A DNA stretch of 64,000 nt, from the IMG/VR virus record IMGVR_UViG_3300013947_000024, positions 65,561 to 129,560 of that record; one strand, given 5' to 3'. Below, piece by piece: positions 38,909-48,249 of this stretch. This stretch comes from a virus (lineage: Duplodnaviria; Caudoviricetes). Position 1 is the stretch's first letter. Each line of letters starts with the position of its first letter. The notes under the pieces are model-generated. The model saw only the letters and a list, made by a program, of their open reading frames with translations, searched no databases and had not been told where the DNA came from. Both the position numbers and the translations under genes were made by a program.

Positions 38909-39313
38909 ATGAGTAATTGGAAATCTAAAAACAGAAGGAAATATTTACTTCAATATCATTTGATTTTTGTTTGTAAATATAGGAAAAAATTATTTTGTCT
39001 TCCAAATATTTCTAATGACATTAAACAGTTCTCATATGAGATATGTCTAAAACACGATATTCAAATCAAATATATGGAAACGGATAAAGATCATATTCAT
39101 TATATGATTGAAACGACGCCAAATGTTGCTTTATCGTGGGTTGTTGATTTGCTAAAGTCATATACAACATTTCATATTTGGAAACTGTACCAAAATATTC
39201 TGCGAAAATATTTTTGGAAAGAAAATACTTTTTGGACAGATGGATATTTTGTTTGCAGTGTTGGCAACGTCTCTGAGAAAATGCTAAAGGAATATATAGA
39301 AAATCAAGGCTAA
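38909..39313 (+). CDS. tnpA: IS200/IS605 Y1 HUH transposase
   Basis: YHLIFVCKYR, DHIH (HUH), FWTDGYF, YIENQ. Confidence 0.96.
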   Translation: MSNWKSKNRRKYLLQYHLIFVCKYRKKLFCLPNISNDIKQFSYEICLKHDIQIKYMETDKDHIHYMIETTPNVALSWVVDLLKSYTTFHIWKLYQNILRKYFWKENTFWTDGYFVCSVGNVSEKMLKEYIENQG

Positions 39314-39333
39314 AAGAAAGGAGGAAATATATA

Positions 39334-40428
39334 ATGATTGTAAATAGGGCATATAAATTTCGTTTATATCCAAATGAAGAGCAGAAAATAATGTTTGCTA
39401 AAACGTTTGGGTGCGTCAGGTTTATTTATAACAAAATGCTTGAAGACAAAATCAAACATTATCAAGAAACAAAAGAAAAGTTGAATAACACACCGTCTCA
39501 ATATAAACCAGAATTTGAATGGCTAAAAGAAGTCGATAGTCTCGCTCTTGCAAACGCCCAAATGAATTTACAATCGGCATATAATAACTTCTTTCGTAGT
39601 CCAAAAGTTGGGTTTCCAAAATTCAAGAGAAAAAGAAAAGACAAGAATTCTTACACGACAAACAATCAGAATGGAACCGTTTCGATTGTTGATGGGAGGT
39701 TAAGACTTCCAAAAGTTGGATTAGTTAAGATGGTTCAACACAGAATAATTCCGTCTAATCAAAAAATTAAATCCGCAACAATTGAGAAGACTCGATCTGG
39801 TAAATATTATGTTTCTATATTAGTAGAATTTGAGAAAGAAACTCCAAATCTTAAATTAGATAAAACAAAAGCATTGGGGTTAGATTACGCGAGCCACAGT
39901 TTTTATGTCGATAGCCAAGGCAGAGAAGCTAATTACCCGAAATTCTATCGTAATGCACAAACGGTTTTATCAAAAGAACAAAAAAAACTTTCTCTTATGA
40001 AATATGGAAGTAATAATTATGAGAAACAGAGAGTTCGGGTGGCAAAAATTCAAGAGTATATCGCAAATCAAAGAAAAGACTGGTTGCATAAATTGAGTTT
40101 TGAATTGGCTGAAATATATGATTATATTTGTGTCGAAGACATCAATATGCAGAGTATGGCGCAGTCATTAAAACTCGGGAAATCAACCAACGACAATGGA
40201 TTTGGAATGTTTAGAACATTTCTTGCATACAAGCTCGCAGAAAGAGGAAAACAGTTAATTAAAATCGATAAATGGTTTCCTTCAAGTAAAATGTGTAGAT
40301 TTTGCGGATGTGTCAACAAAGGTTTGAAGCTTTCTGAAAGAGTCTGGACTTGTGAATGTGGAGCAGTTCTCAACAGAGATGAAAATGCCGCAATAAATAT
40401 TATGAATGCTGGACTCTCAATGGTCTGA
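39334..40428 (+). CDS. tnpB: RNA-guided endonuclease TnpB
   Basis: AYKFRLYP, GLDY / VEDIN / RDENAA, Zn finger. Confidence 0.96.
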   Translation: MIVNRAYKFRLYPNEEQKIMFAKTFGCVRFIYNKMLEDKIKHYQETKEKLNNTPSQYKPEFEWLKEVDSLALANAQMNLQSAYNNFFRSPKVGFPKFKRKRKDKNSYTTNNQNGTVSIVDGRLRLPKVGLVKMVQHRIIPSNQKIKSATIEKTRSGKYYVSILVEFEKETPNLKLDKTKALGLDYASHSFYVDSQGREANYPKFYRNAQTVLSKEQKKLSLMKYGSNNYEKQRVRVAKIQEYIANQRKDWLHKLSFELAEIYDYICVEDINMQSMAQSLKLGKSTNDNGFGMFRTFLAYKLAERGKQLIKIDKWFPSSKMCRFCGCVNKGLKLSERVWTCECGAVLNRDENAAINIMNAGLSMV

Positions 40429-41004
40429 TGCTATAAACAACCGCAGGAACTGCGGGGGTAGTCTGTTGATACTGTTGGTCAATGGTTATTGTGAAATTTT
40501 TAGAGCGGTAACTAAACCGACTTGAGCAGGAAGCCCACGCCCCTTTAGGGGCTGGGTAGTTCACTAAAGAAAATGCAAGAGCGATACGATGACCTTTTGA
40601 ACGAGGATGGATACTATGAAAATTTTACGCAAGGTTATGGAGACGCGCTTTCCACGGTCGAAAATGAGCCTACTGCCGATGTGCGGGAGGTGAAGCGCGG
40701 GGAGTGGATTTACAGAGGTCATCACGAAGTGATGGGATACTCATTTGAATGCTCTATCTGTGGGAGATGGATGTTTGCCAATTCTCCCGACCACGTCGTT
40801 GAAGAATATCCGTATTGCCATTGTGGTGCTGTAATGATGGGAGATAAAGAAAATGAAGATTAAAATTGAAGTGCCCGACACTATACTATGCGCAACTATG
40901 ACTTATGTGTGCGAGGATAACGGGTCGTTGAAGATGGAAACAAAATCCTTCAATACAGATACTATTGATGAGTATAAACTTAAAACGGAGAAGGATTCTA
41001 AACA

Positions 41005-41259
41005 ATGATTAAAATTATTAAAGACGGTCAAAAGGAATTTATTGCCAAGTGCAACACTTGTGGTTGCGAATTCTCGTATGAGCTTATGGATATTAGTATT
41101 GGCTCACAAGTAGAATGTCCTTATTGTGGTCATTATGTACCTCATGTACTTAAAAGGGGCAATTCTAATATATTTGATGTTCGTACTGTTCCGCTTAATT
41201 ACGCCACACAGACAACCGCAGACTGGGTAGAGTCTGCTGAAACAATTACTGCGCGATGA
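41005..41259 (+). CDS. Zn-ribbon protein
   Basis: CNTCGCEF..CPYCG. Confidence 0.6.
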   Translation: MIKIIKDGQKEFIAKCNTCGCEFSYELMDISIGSQVECPYCGHYVPHVLKRGNSNIFDVRTVPLNYATQTTADWVESAETITAR

Positions 41260-41269
41260 AGGAGCAGAA

Positions 41270-41826
41270 ATGACAGAATACACAGTAGAAATGTTAAAAT
41301 CACCCACAGATGCTGATTGGCGGTGGGTAAAAACTTGCACTCTTAACACTGTAGGGAAAACATCAACAAAGCTCCCTACGGAGAGTGGAAAAAGAAACTT
41401 ATTGAAGCAGAACATAGCCCCATGAGAGAGTTGTGGTTTGGGTTTAAGATCGAGGCTCCATACTGGCTCGTCATGCACCTTTGCCGTCACCACATAGGGT
41501 GCAATCACTATGTTCAAACACAGCGCAGTGATAGACAAGATAAGTATGACAGAGCATCCGCTCCGCAGGGACAGATTGTCAGTCATATTCTCTCCATTAA
41601 CGCACAGGAGCTTGTCTTTATGGCTCATAAGAGATTATGCGGTCAGGCGTCACCAGAAACAAGAGCGGTTGTAAGAAAGATGTGTGACCTTGTTATTGAG
41701 AAATATCCCGAATTCAAAGATGTTCTCGTCCCTCTTTGCCAGTATAGGGGTGGCTTGTGCACTGAATTTCATTCCTGCGGATTAAACAAGAAATTTCAGA
41801 GAAATTCTTCTGAATCAGACGATTAA
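41270..41826 (+). CDS. thyX: Flavin-dependent thymidylate synthase, frameshifted near 41380
   Basis: The N-terminal frame (MTEYTV..KLPTE) and C-terminal frame (EWKKKLIEAEHSP..RHH...VQTQRSDR..RLC.QA.PE.R) differ by one nt. Confidence 0.8.
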
Positions 41827-42274
41827 GGTCATATGTAGTAGTGGAGGAATTAAGCATGAGCAGAAAGTATACACAAATTCGCGTAGGAGACCTTAAAATC
41901 GGATATACGACGAATCCGATTGGTAGAAAAAGACCACAGCTAATTGTGGTACGAGGGAACACAGAATATCAGTTGGCGTCGTTCTCGGATGAAGCAAAGG
42001 CGGAATTTTTCTTTGACGCCTTGTGTGATATTGTCGGGTTGGATAAGGACACCGTTGAAAATGAGTAACAGATTTAGAGATTTTCATAGAACAACAAAGC
42101 AGACCATCACAGAAAACGAAGTCAACGCCCTCTGTGCCACGAACGGTAATCAGGGCGTAGATCATTCGGAAGAACACAAACGCTTGTGGAAGCGCGTCAA
42201 AACGCCTCGTAGCGATATGTTCGTAGAAGAGAGTATTTCAGAAATCAAAAACACGCAGGAGAAGGAGAGAGAAA

Positions 42275-42502
42275 ATGGAAGAGTTTGACTCCGTAAATAA
42301 GCCCAAGCACTACGCGGAAGGAAAATACGAGTGTATTCAGGTTATGGAAGAAGAGTTTGGAAAAGAAGCGGTACAAAATTTTTGTCTTCTTAATGCCTTT
42401 AAGTATCTTTTCAGGTGTGAGAAGAAGCACGAAACCCCAGTAGAAGATATTAAGAAGGCAAAATGGTATCTTGAAAAGTGGATTGTACTGGAGGATAAGT
42501 AA
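42275..42502 (+). CDS. DUF3310 family (T7 gp1.7-like nucleotide kinase)
   Basis: VNKPKHY..G..ECI...NAFKY.FR...K...EDIKKA.WYL. Confidence 0.85.
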   Translation: MEEFDSVNKPKHYAEGKYECIQVMEEEFGKEAVQNFCLLNAFKYLFRCEKKHETPVEDIKKAKWYLEKWIVLEDK

Positions 42503-42949
42503 ATGAATAATATTTTCAAACTTGGTATCTATCGACATACTCCTCGTCATTGGCTTAGAAACATTGCGCAATTCTTTCGTAATATCAAATATGCTTTCCA
42601 GAGAGCTACAAGAGGATTTGCTGACCCTGATTGGTGGGATCTTGACACATTCGTCGCTACGATTTTGAGAGATGGTTGTAGAGAGATGGCAAAACATCAC
42701 TACGGCTACCCAGCCAATATCTGTGACGGCGATGAAGAGGAGTCTTGCAAGAAGTGGGAAGAAACACTGAAAGAGATTTCTGACCATTTCAACGCATACA
42801 TTGAGAAGGACTTTCTTGAAGTCCCCGATAACGCAGAGGACGCAGATGATTATCTTGAGGTTCTTGAAGAGGCATATCACAAGGGTGAAGAAGAATACCT
42901 TGCTGGTCTTGAAATGCTGAAAGAGTGGCATGGACATTTGTGGGATTAA
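42503..42949 (+). CDS. Hypothetical phage protein
   Basis: QRA.RG..D.DWW.LD, ending LWD. Confidence 0.6.
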   Translation: MNNIFKLGIYRHTPRHWLRNIAQFFRNIKYAFQRATRGFADPDWWDLDTFVATILRDGCREMAKHHYGYPANICDGDEEESCKKWEETLKEISDHFNAYIEKDFLEVPDNAEDADDYLEVLEEAYHKGEEEYLAGLEMLKEWHGHLWD

Positions 42950-42952
42950 GAG

Positions 42953-43189
42953 ATGATAATTACGCTCAGTGAAGTAAAAGACGTGTACACGCTTGTCAAG
43001 GTTGCGCAGGCTTGCGTTGGAGATGTGGTCGTAAAGCAGAACAAGTACGCAGTCAATGCGAAAAGCATTCTCGGTTTGTTCTCTTTGGATCTCACACAGC
43101 CGATAGAGCTTTCACTTGAACAGCCGATGTACAACGATGTGAAAAAGATTGAAGAATTTTGCAAAAGAATTCGTGGTCGGGAACAATAA
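42953..43189 (+). CDS. HPr-like phosphocarrier protein lacking the His15 site
   Basis: VNAKSILGLFSL (Ser46 motif); no N-terminal GLHARP motif. Confidence 0.8.
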   Translation: MIITLSEVKDVYTLVKVAQACVGDVVVKQNKYAVNAKSILGLFSLDLTQPIELSLEQPMYNDVKKIEEFCKRIRGREQ

Positions 43190-43199
43190 TATCACATGA

Positions 43200-43273
43200 T
43201 AGCCATAGGAGAAATCTTGTGGCTATTTTTTTTTGTGAAAGTAGTTGACTTCTTCAACCCAATATGCTATAAT
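43200..43273 (+). promoter_or_regulatory. Terminator + early SigA promoter cassette
   Basis: agccatagga-GAAA-tcttgtggct with a T-tract, then AAAGTAG-TTGACT-N17-TATAAT. Confidence 0.85.
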
Positions 43274-43304
43274 TGTATCATCAAAAGCAAAGAGGTGTTA
43301 CAAG

Positions 43305-43883
43305 ATGAAACTCGTAAAAGCACAAGCATGGTTCAATCCTTTCTTCGTAGACTGCAATGGGCAGAAGGAACTCTCTGACATCGTAGTGTTCGATCATGGA
43401 GTAGAAATTCTTCATACAAGATGTGGTTGGTTTGGGAGCGGGAACAACCCCTTCAAAGAGATCGAGCTGAATTGTGATTGCGTCAGAAAGAATAAAGTCG
43501 ATCTGAATTGCAAGACAGCATTTGTTGTTCGTGCCGATAAAGGTTGTGCTGTGGCGTATGCGCTCTACATTCCTCAGTCTGCTATTCAGATGAAGAGAAG
43601 CCTTGGAAGAAAGGCTATGAGCGACAACTACTACGCCGTAGAAAAGTTTTCTTCTGAAGTGGTTAATGGTCTATCTTGTGAAACTTGGCATCCCGTTGGA
43701 AATCTCTACCAGATCTCTTGCTCTGTTAAGACTATTGTCGGCACTGCTGATATTGTCAGGGGAAACCTTGGAACCATCGCCGAGGCTCTTGTTGAAACGC
43801 AGAAGAGATTCGACGAAGAGAAGGCGAGACTTAATGCCATGAGCGACGAAGAACTCTTTGCAGAGAGCCAGCTGAATAAATGA
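43305..43883 (+). CDS. Hypothetical early protein
   Basis: RBS gaggtg downstream of the promoter. Confidence 0.6.
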   Translation: MKLVKAQAWFNPFFVDCNGQKELSDIVVFDHGVEILHTRCGWFGSGNNPFKEIELNCDCVRKNKVDLNCKTAFVVRADKGCAVAYALYIPQSAIQMKRSLGRKAMSDNYYAVEKFSSEVVNGLSCETWHPVGNLYQISCSVKTIVGTADIVRGNLGTIAEALVETQKRFDEEKARLNAMSDEELFAESQLNK

Positions 43884-44017
43884 GAATAATGCCATGGACT
43901 GAATGAACCGAATGGCATGACGATAACCTCCTAATTGGCAAAGAGGAAAGACTCTTGACTGCGGACAGACGCTGGCGTTTCGGAATTAGACGATTACTAA
44001 TACATAGGAGAACATAT

Positions 44018-44617
44018 ATGAAAGTAACGAAAATTGAACCGCTTGAAGATGCTCCTGGCGGATGGGAAGACGACGAGAACTCTTGGTACGAAGACCTCTA
44101 TTGTAGCATCTACGATGAAGAGTATAGAGTGCTTGAGGAGAAGTGGTCGAGAGAGCCCTTTACGGTTGGCGATATTGTTATGGTGAAATATTCCAAGAAA
44201 TCTTCCTCTGGCTCTAACTTCGTGTCTCCTCACAGGGTGTTTGTAATTAGCGCAGAGGTTAGCGAGAATGGAGAGCAGAAATATATCGGATTTGAAATGT
44301 CCAGTCAAATCACACGGTCAAATAAATATGTCTTGAATAGCGATGCGAAGCCGAGCGGAGATTGGTGGAAGGCAAATATCTACATTGACAATTATTCGGA
44401 CATTATTTCTGATGGTACGCCTTCTGACAGAGAGGCAATGATTGACCTTGGTACACTCTACTGGTTCACGAATAGTCAGATGTCTTCTAATGGCGTTAAG
44501 AAGGGCACATCAAAGAAAGAGTTTGCTGATTTTGTCTTTTCTCTTAGAGATAAGATTGCGAAGGGAGAAGACACCTCTCACTACACATGGGAGAACGGAG
44601 AAGGAAAGGAACGATGA
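44018..44617 (+). CDS. PemK/MazF-like protein with acidic N-terminal leader
   Basis: GDIVMVKY...PHRVFVIS....YIGFEMSS pattern resembles the PemK fold. Confidence 0.45.
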   Translation: MKVTKIEPLEDAPGGWEDDENSWYEDLYCSIYDEEYRVLEEKWSREPFTVGDIVMVKYSKKSSSGSNFVSPHRVFVISAEVSENGEQKYIGFEMSSQITRSNKYVLNSDAKPSGDWWKANIYIDNYSDIISDGTPSDREAMIDLGTLYWFTNSQMSSNGVKKGTSKKEFADFVFSLRDKIAKGEDTSHYTWENGEGKER

Positions 44618-45042
44618 AAATAGAAAAGCTTCTACGAGAAGTCCGAAAGGAAGACGACCTATATTATCAAGGTGCCTTCTGGATCGTGGCAGATTCCTAT
44701 CGTGATATTCAGAGAGGGAATTTTTCGTTGGTGGGAGAAAAGATCCCTTGCTCATATACAGGAGAACGAACGAGAGATACTTCTGATAGGCGTAGCAAGA
44801 CACACAAGGCTCTATGGGCGGCGAATAACGGCTATGGACATTCTGATAAGCCGTATGATTATTTCCCGCGAGGAAGAGTTTCTATCTATCGTGGCGTGGC
44901 GTATGTAAATATTCACAGTTTGTGTAATACGCCGAAAGTGGTTAATGCCATCATTCGAGAATTTAACCTACAACATCTTGAATTAGAGCTTGAGTGTAAT
45001 GATGAGACGCAAGGAAATCATTACGATTTTAGATTGGAGTGA
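44614..45042 (+). CDS. Hypothetical protein, 'G.FW..H..W..YFPRGRV..HY' domain
   Basis: Paralogous to both halves of 49557..50405. Confidence 0.65.
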   Translation: MKIEKLLREVRKEDDLYYQGAFWIVADSYRDIQRGNFSLVGEKIPCSYTGERTRDTSDRRSKTHKALWAANNGYGHSDKPYDYFPRGRVSIYRGVAYVNIHSLCNTPKVVNAIIREFNLQHLELELECNDETQGNHYDFRLE

Positions 45043-45046
45043 ATAG

Positions 45047-45520
45047 ATGAGTATGTGTAATAATAGTCAAGACGACTTCTTTGACGTTGACTTAGGCAGA
45101 GATGAAGATAACGAAAAATTGCGAGACGTAATCAAACACTTTAGAGATACTTTCCATGATATGTATACTGGTGGCGATATGTCTTTCCAAAATTTGGATC
45201 TGTATTATTGCGACCCCATGCGAGACGATATTCTCACATTTATCCATATTTGGTTGACCCAGCGTTCTTATCTATGGGATTTCAATACGGCGATTCGGAA
45301 ATGTTTTACATATCATAAGCCGTATTATGAACAAAGCGGTATTGTAGACGATCGTGAAATCAAATTGTATCAAGATTTTGTCAATTGGTGTAGCAAGGGG
45401 CTACATGTTCGCATAGCGTTGTTAAGGGCATTGCGTTATGCTGAGAGAGTGGCGAATGGCGAGCTACCGTTTTCAACAATATGGTTTTGGGACATCCGTA
45501 ATGTGTGGGAGAAGGAGTAG
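45047..45520 (+). CDS. Hypothetical protein
   Basis: 157-aa ORF with RBS ggag. Confidence 0.55.
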   Translation: MSMCNNSQDDFFDVDLGRDEDNEKLRDVIKHFRDTFHDMYTGGDMSFQNLDLYYCDPMRDDILTFIHIWLTQRSYLWDFNTAIRKCFTYHKPYYEQSGIVDDREIKLYQDFVNWCSKGLHVRIALLRALRYAERVANGELPFSTIWFWDIRNVWEKE

Positions 45521-45747
45521 AGAAATATAGTTTTGGAATAGATGAAATTTAGATTCAAAGATGATAGAGCAAAAAAGAGAGTCCCTATCATCTTGGATGA
45601 AATGGCTACCGATAGGGTTAATGTCGTTCATAGCGAAATATGGCGCTATTGTTGTAGATAATTGCTCCTACGATAATGATGATGGGCTCCAGAGCATCGA
45701 GAGTGTGGATTATTGGGAACGCAAATAACTTTTCAAAAAAGTTTAGG

Positions 45748-45783
45748 AAAGTAGTTGACAATTGAAGTTCGGTATGATATAAT
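45748..45783 (+). promoter_or_regulatory. Early SigA promoter
   Basis: AAAGTAG-TTGACA-N17(TG)-TATAAT. Confidence 0.85.
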
Positions 45784-46430
45784 GAGAGCGTAACGAGACA
45801 AGGATAGTCGTAAAAACCAAGAAAGAGAGAAGATAACGAGTGATATGGGGTTGTGTAGTCTGTGTGCATTTTCAATTGCTGGAGGTGCTGGATTATTGGG
45901 AGGATTTTGTCACTATATTGGGACTGATGGAGAGGATGCAGGTCGCTCTGCTATTTTTGGGTGTATTATTGGGGTTCTGGTTGGTATAGTTACTTTTGTT
46001 GCAACAAAGAGTTGCTTTCATTGAAATGATTGGTGAAAATTCAAATCGAGCAAACATTATTAAATATCGTGACGCGATACAACATCATGTGCGTGAATAC
46101 GATATAAATTGGAGACAACAATGCGAGCCGTGTGTTAACATAGAGGATAATAAAGTCCCTCTTTCAAAAATCATCAACGAATTGCGAATGATTGGTGTCG
46201 ATCTCAAAATGCCAAATATCTGGACAACACAATATAATGTGTGGCTGGAGATTGGCTCTGAAATTGTTAGACAAATCAATGAATATCTTGATTTTACAAA
46301 ACGAGTATTCATTAAATATATACCTCTGTATTTACCAATCATAATTTCTGTTGTTTCTTTGGTAATATCAATCTTTGTTCAATGAAGCAATACCCGTTGG
46401 TAATCTACAAAAATCTTAAAATTCTTCTTA

Positions 46431-46466
46431 AAAGTAGTTGACTTTTGAATTTGAATGTGCTATACT
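46431..46466 (+). promoter_or_regulatory. SigA promoter of the tRNA/ncRNA cluster
   Basis: AAAGTAG-TTGACT-N17(TG)-TATACT. Confidence 0.85.
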
Positions 46467-46704
46467 AAGAATGTCCTGATGAGAAGGACCTAAGTTGCTT
46501 CATGTTTATTCCTTTTCTCTCGTCATGGCGGATGCACGAAAGTGTTCTACGAGCAGAATCCGCGTCGGTGAAAATCCGACAGAGATACATTTCGTGTTTC
46601 ACTTTCTGGCTATCAGGAAAGACTGATTGACAATGCGGAAAGAAGACACACGCATTAACAAAGCGGTCGGACGCTTGGCATCTCGGACAGACGAGATTTT
46701 GAAT

Positions 46705-46779
46705 AGGGATTTAGCATAGTGGTTAATGTATATGGCTTTGACCCATAGGAGGTTGGTTCGATTCCAGCAATCCCTGCCA
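46705..46779 (+). tRNA. tRNA-Gln(UUG)
   Basis: agggatt/aatccct acceptor, tatgg-ctTTGac-ccata, gttgg-ttcgatt-ccagc, encoded CCA. Confidence 0.92.
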
Positions 46780-47019
46780 AAAGAATTGTCTAATGCTCTT
46801 TGCCTCTTGTCATCGGCAATATCATCGACAATTCTGATAGTCTTTTGCAGACGAGCGAAAGCCAAGCGAGGACTCTGTAATGGACTCTCCTACAGGAGTG
46901 ACTTGTGGCTGGTAGAATAGAAACCGACCAAGGACTTCGGTGCCTATTTTGCTGGCGCTGTGCTCAGTCTATAGTCTCGTGATGAGCTATTCGAGACAAT
47001 TCATTAAAGAGGTAGTAAA

Positions 47020-47391
47020 ATGAAAGTTCTTAAGGAAATGGCAATCGAAAGAGCGGACGCAATTGAAATCTGTCTGTCTCTCGGAAAGAAATTCATTGAA
47101 CATTTTCACAAGCTGTATGCCGAAGGTAAAAATTCTCCCGATTTCAATCACCATTGTGCGGAGATGCAAGCGTGGTACGACAAGTGCAGAATTTTGACTC
47201 TTAAGAACACGAAGCGGATGATTTCATCGTCCAATCTCATCGACTGGTTCTTTGAGGCTGGTGGGAGTATCGACGAGAACAACGGGTTCACTTCATACGA
47301 CGAGGCAAGTGCGTACGAAGAATTCATGCTTGCGCTTCTTGCAAACAGGGGTCTAACGGTCAAGTTTGTAGCAGAACAAGTTATCCCTTAA
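47020..47391 (+). CDS. Helical hypothetical protein (DUF29-like)
   Basis: MKVLKE leader; EH..KL......NH..E...W pattern. Confidence 0.5.
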   Translation: MKVLKEMAIERADAIEICLSLGKKFIEHFHKLYAEGKNSPDFNHHCAEMQAWYDKCRILTLKNTKRMISSSNLIDWFFEAGGSIDENNGFTSYDEASAYEEFMLALLANRGLTVKFVAEQVIP

Positions 47392-47533
47392 ATCTTTCAG
47401 GCTTCTGCGGTACTTCTCATGCGAGCAGAATTGGCTTTTAGAAGCAAGAGACAAAGACAAACAACTAATTCAGACAAGAATTAGCAAGGCAGATGTGTCT
47501 ATTTCGGTGATAGCCTAAGCCGATATTTAACCT

Positions 47534-47608
47534 GCTTCTTTAGCTTAAACGGTAGAGCGCGGGTCTGAAGAACCCGATGACCTCGTTCGATACGAGGAGG
47601 AAGCACCA
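47534..47608 (+). tRNA. tRNA-Phe(GAA)
   Basis: gcttctt/aggaagc acceptor, cgggt-ctGAAga-acccg, ttcgata T-loop, CCA. Confidence 0.92.
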
Positions 47609-47610
47609 TA

Positions 47611-47813
47611 GCAAGCAAAGGTTCGAGGATTGTGTAATAGCCAAAGTCGCGGAGCGATGATATCAGTGGAATAAGGGGCGAATAGTCCAACCTTCTCAAC
47701 GGTGTAGCGAAGAAACGATATGTAAAAACGATCTGGGCAGTGTAATTTCTGCGGTAGTAAGTAGGATTCCTGAGCCACAGGGACAAAATCGCGAAAGCTA
47801 TTAACCTTCTTGC
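47611..47813 (+). ncRNA. Candidate ~200-nt structured ncRNA
   Basis: Nested end pairing gcaag..aaggtt/aacctt.cttgc, taatagc/gctatta, tcgcg/cgcga; no credible + strand ORF. Confidence 0.45.
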
Positions 47814-47827
47814 ATTAACATTTATAT

Positions 47828-47898
47828 GGGTAGGTAGCACTGGGGAGTGCAGGACATCATGTCGTAGAAAGTTGGTTTGACTCCAACCCTATCCACTA
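47828..47898 (+). ncRNA. tRNA-like RNA with shortened anticodon arm
   Basis: gggtagg/cctatcc acceptor, gcac/gtgc D-arm, gaca-tca-tgtc, gttgg-tttgact-ccaac. Confidence 0.65.
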
Positions 47899-48176
47899 GA
47901 GCCTTTTCGTTAGAGTAGCACTTTTGGGCGTCAATTAAAACTGAAACTCTGACAGTCTGAAAAGACAGACATATTCAATAGTTGACCTATGCGAGGTGGA
48001 TCTGGAATACCTATACAAATTCCTAATAACACGCTGGGGTAGCACCCCAGATGAAGTGCTGGCATAAAATGCGAGGTGCGTCCAGTAGATGTAATTAGGT
48101 CGGCTGTTGTGCAAGTATCGTGGTGGTACTGAGAGAATAAAGAGCAGTGTACAGGCTCACATCACATCACATTCAT

Positions 48177-48249
48177 CGCTCAATAGTTTAACTGGCAGAA
48201 AACACCTCGGCAGAGGGTAGCGTTGGTTCGAGTCCAACTTGAGCGACAA
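48177..48249 (+). ncRNA. tRNA-like RNA with a GNRA tetraloop in place of the anticodon loop
   Basis: cgctcaa/ttgagcg, gttt/aaac D-arm, cctc-GGCA-gagg, gttgg-ttcgagt-ccaac. Confidence 0.75.

Larger units (their letters stand above)
38850..40564 (+). mobile_element. Complete IS605 element (tnpA + tnpB) inserted 3' of TTTAA
   Basis: TTTAA|aaatac left junction, LE hairpin tcccaatccc-ttta-gggtttggga, RE ending gttcac; excision restores the host ORF; no target duplication. Confidence 0.93.
38816..40863 (+). pseudogene. Zn-finger phage gene (MARYIDAD family) interrupted by IS605
   Basis: Removing 38850..40564 gives in-frame MMARYIDADNL-I-KKMQERY...PTADVREV..GEW..CSICG..YCHCGA. Confidence 0.85.

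Noticed and set aside
46476-46545. Hammerhead ribozyme (ctgatga...gaaa)
   Set aside because: GAAA does not follow a closed stem II, and stems I and III cannot be formed convincingly.
47611-47813. Assignment to raiA motif, tmRNA or RNase P RNA
   Set aside because: Only short word matches; hallmark ends and motifs not found by eye, so it is left unassigned.
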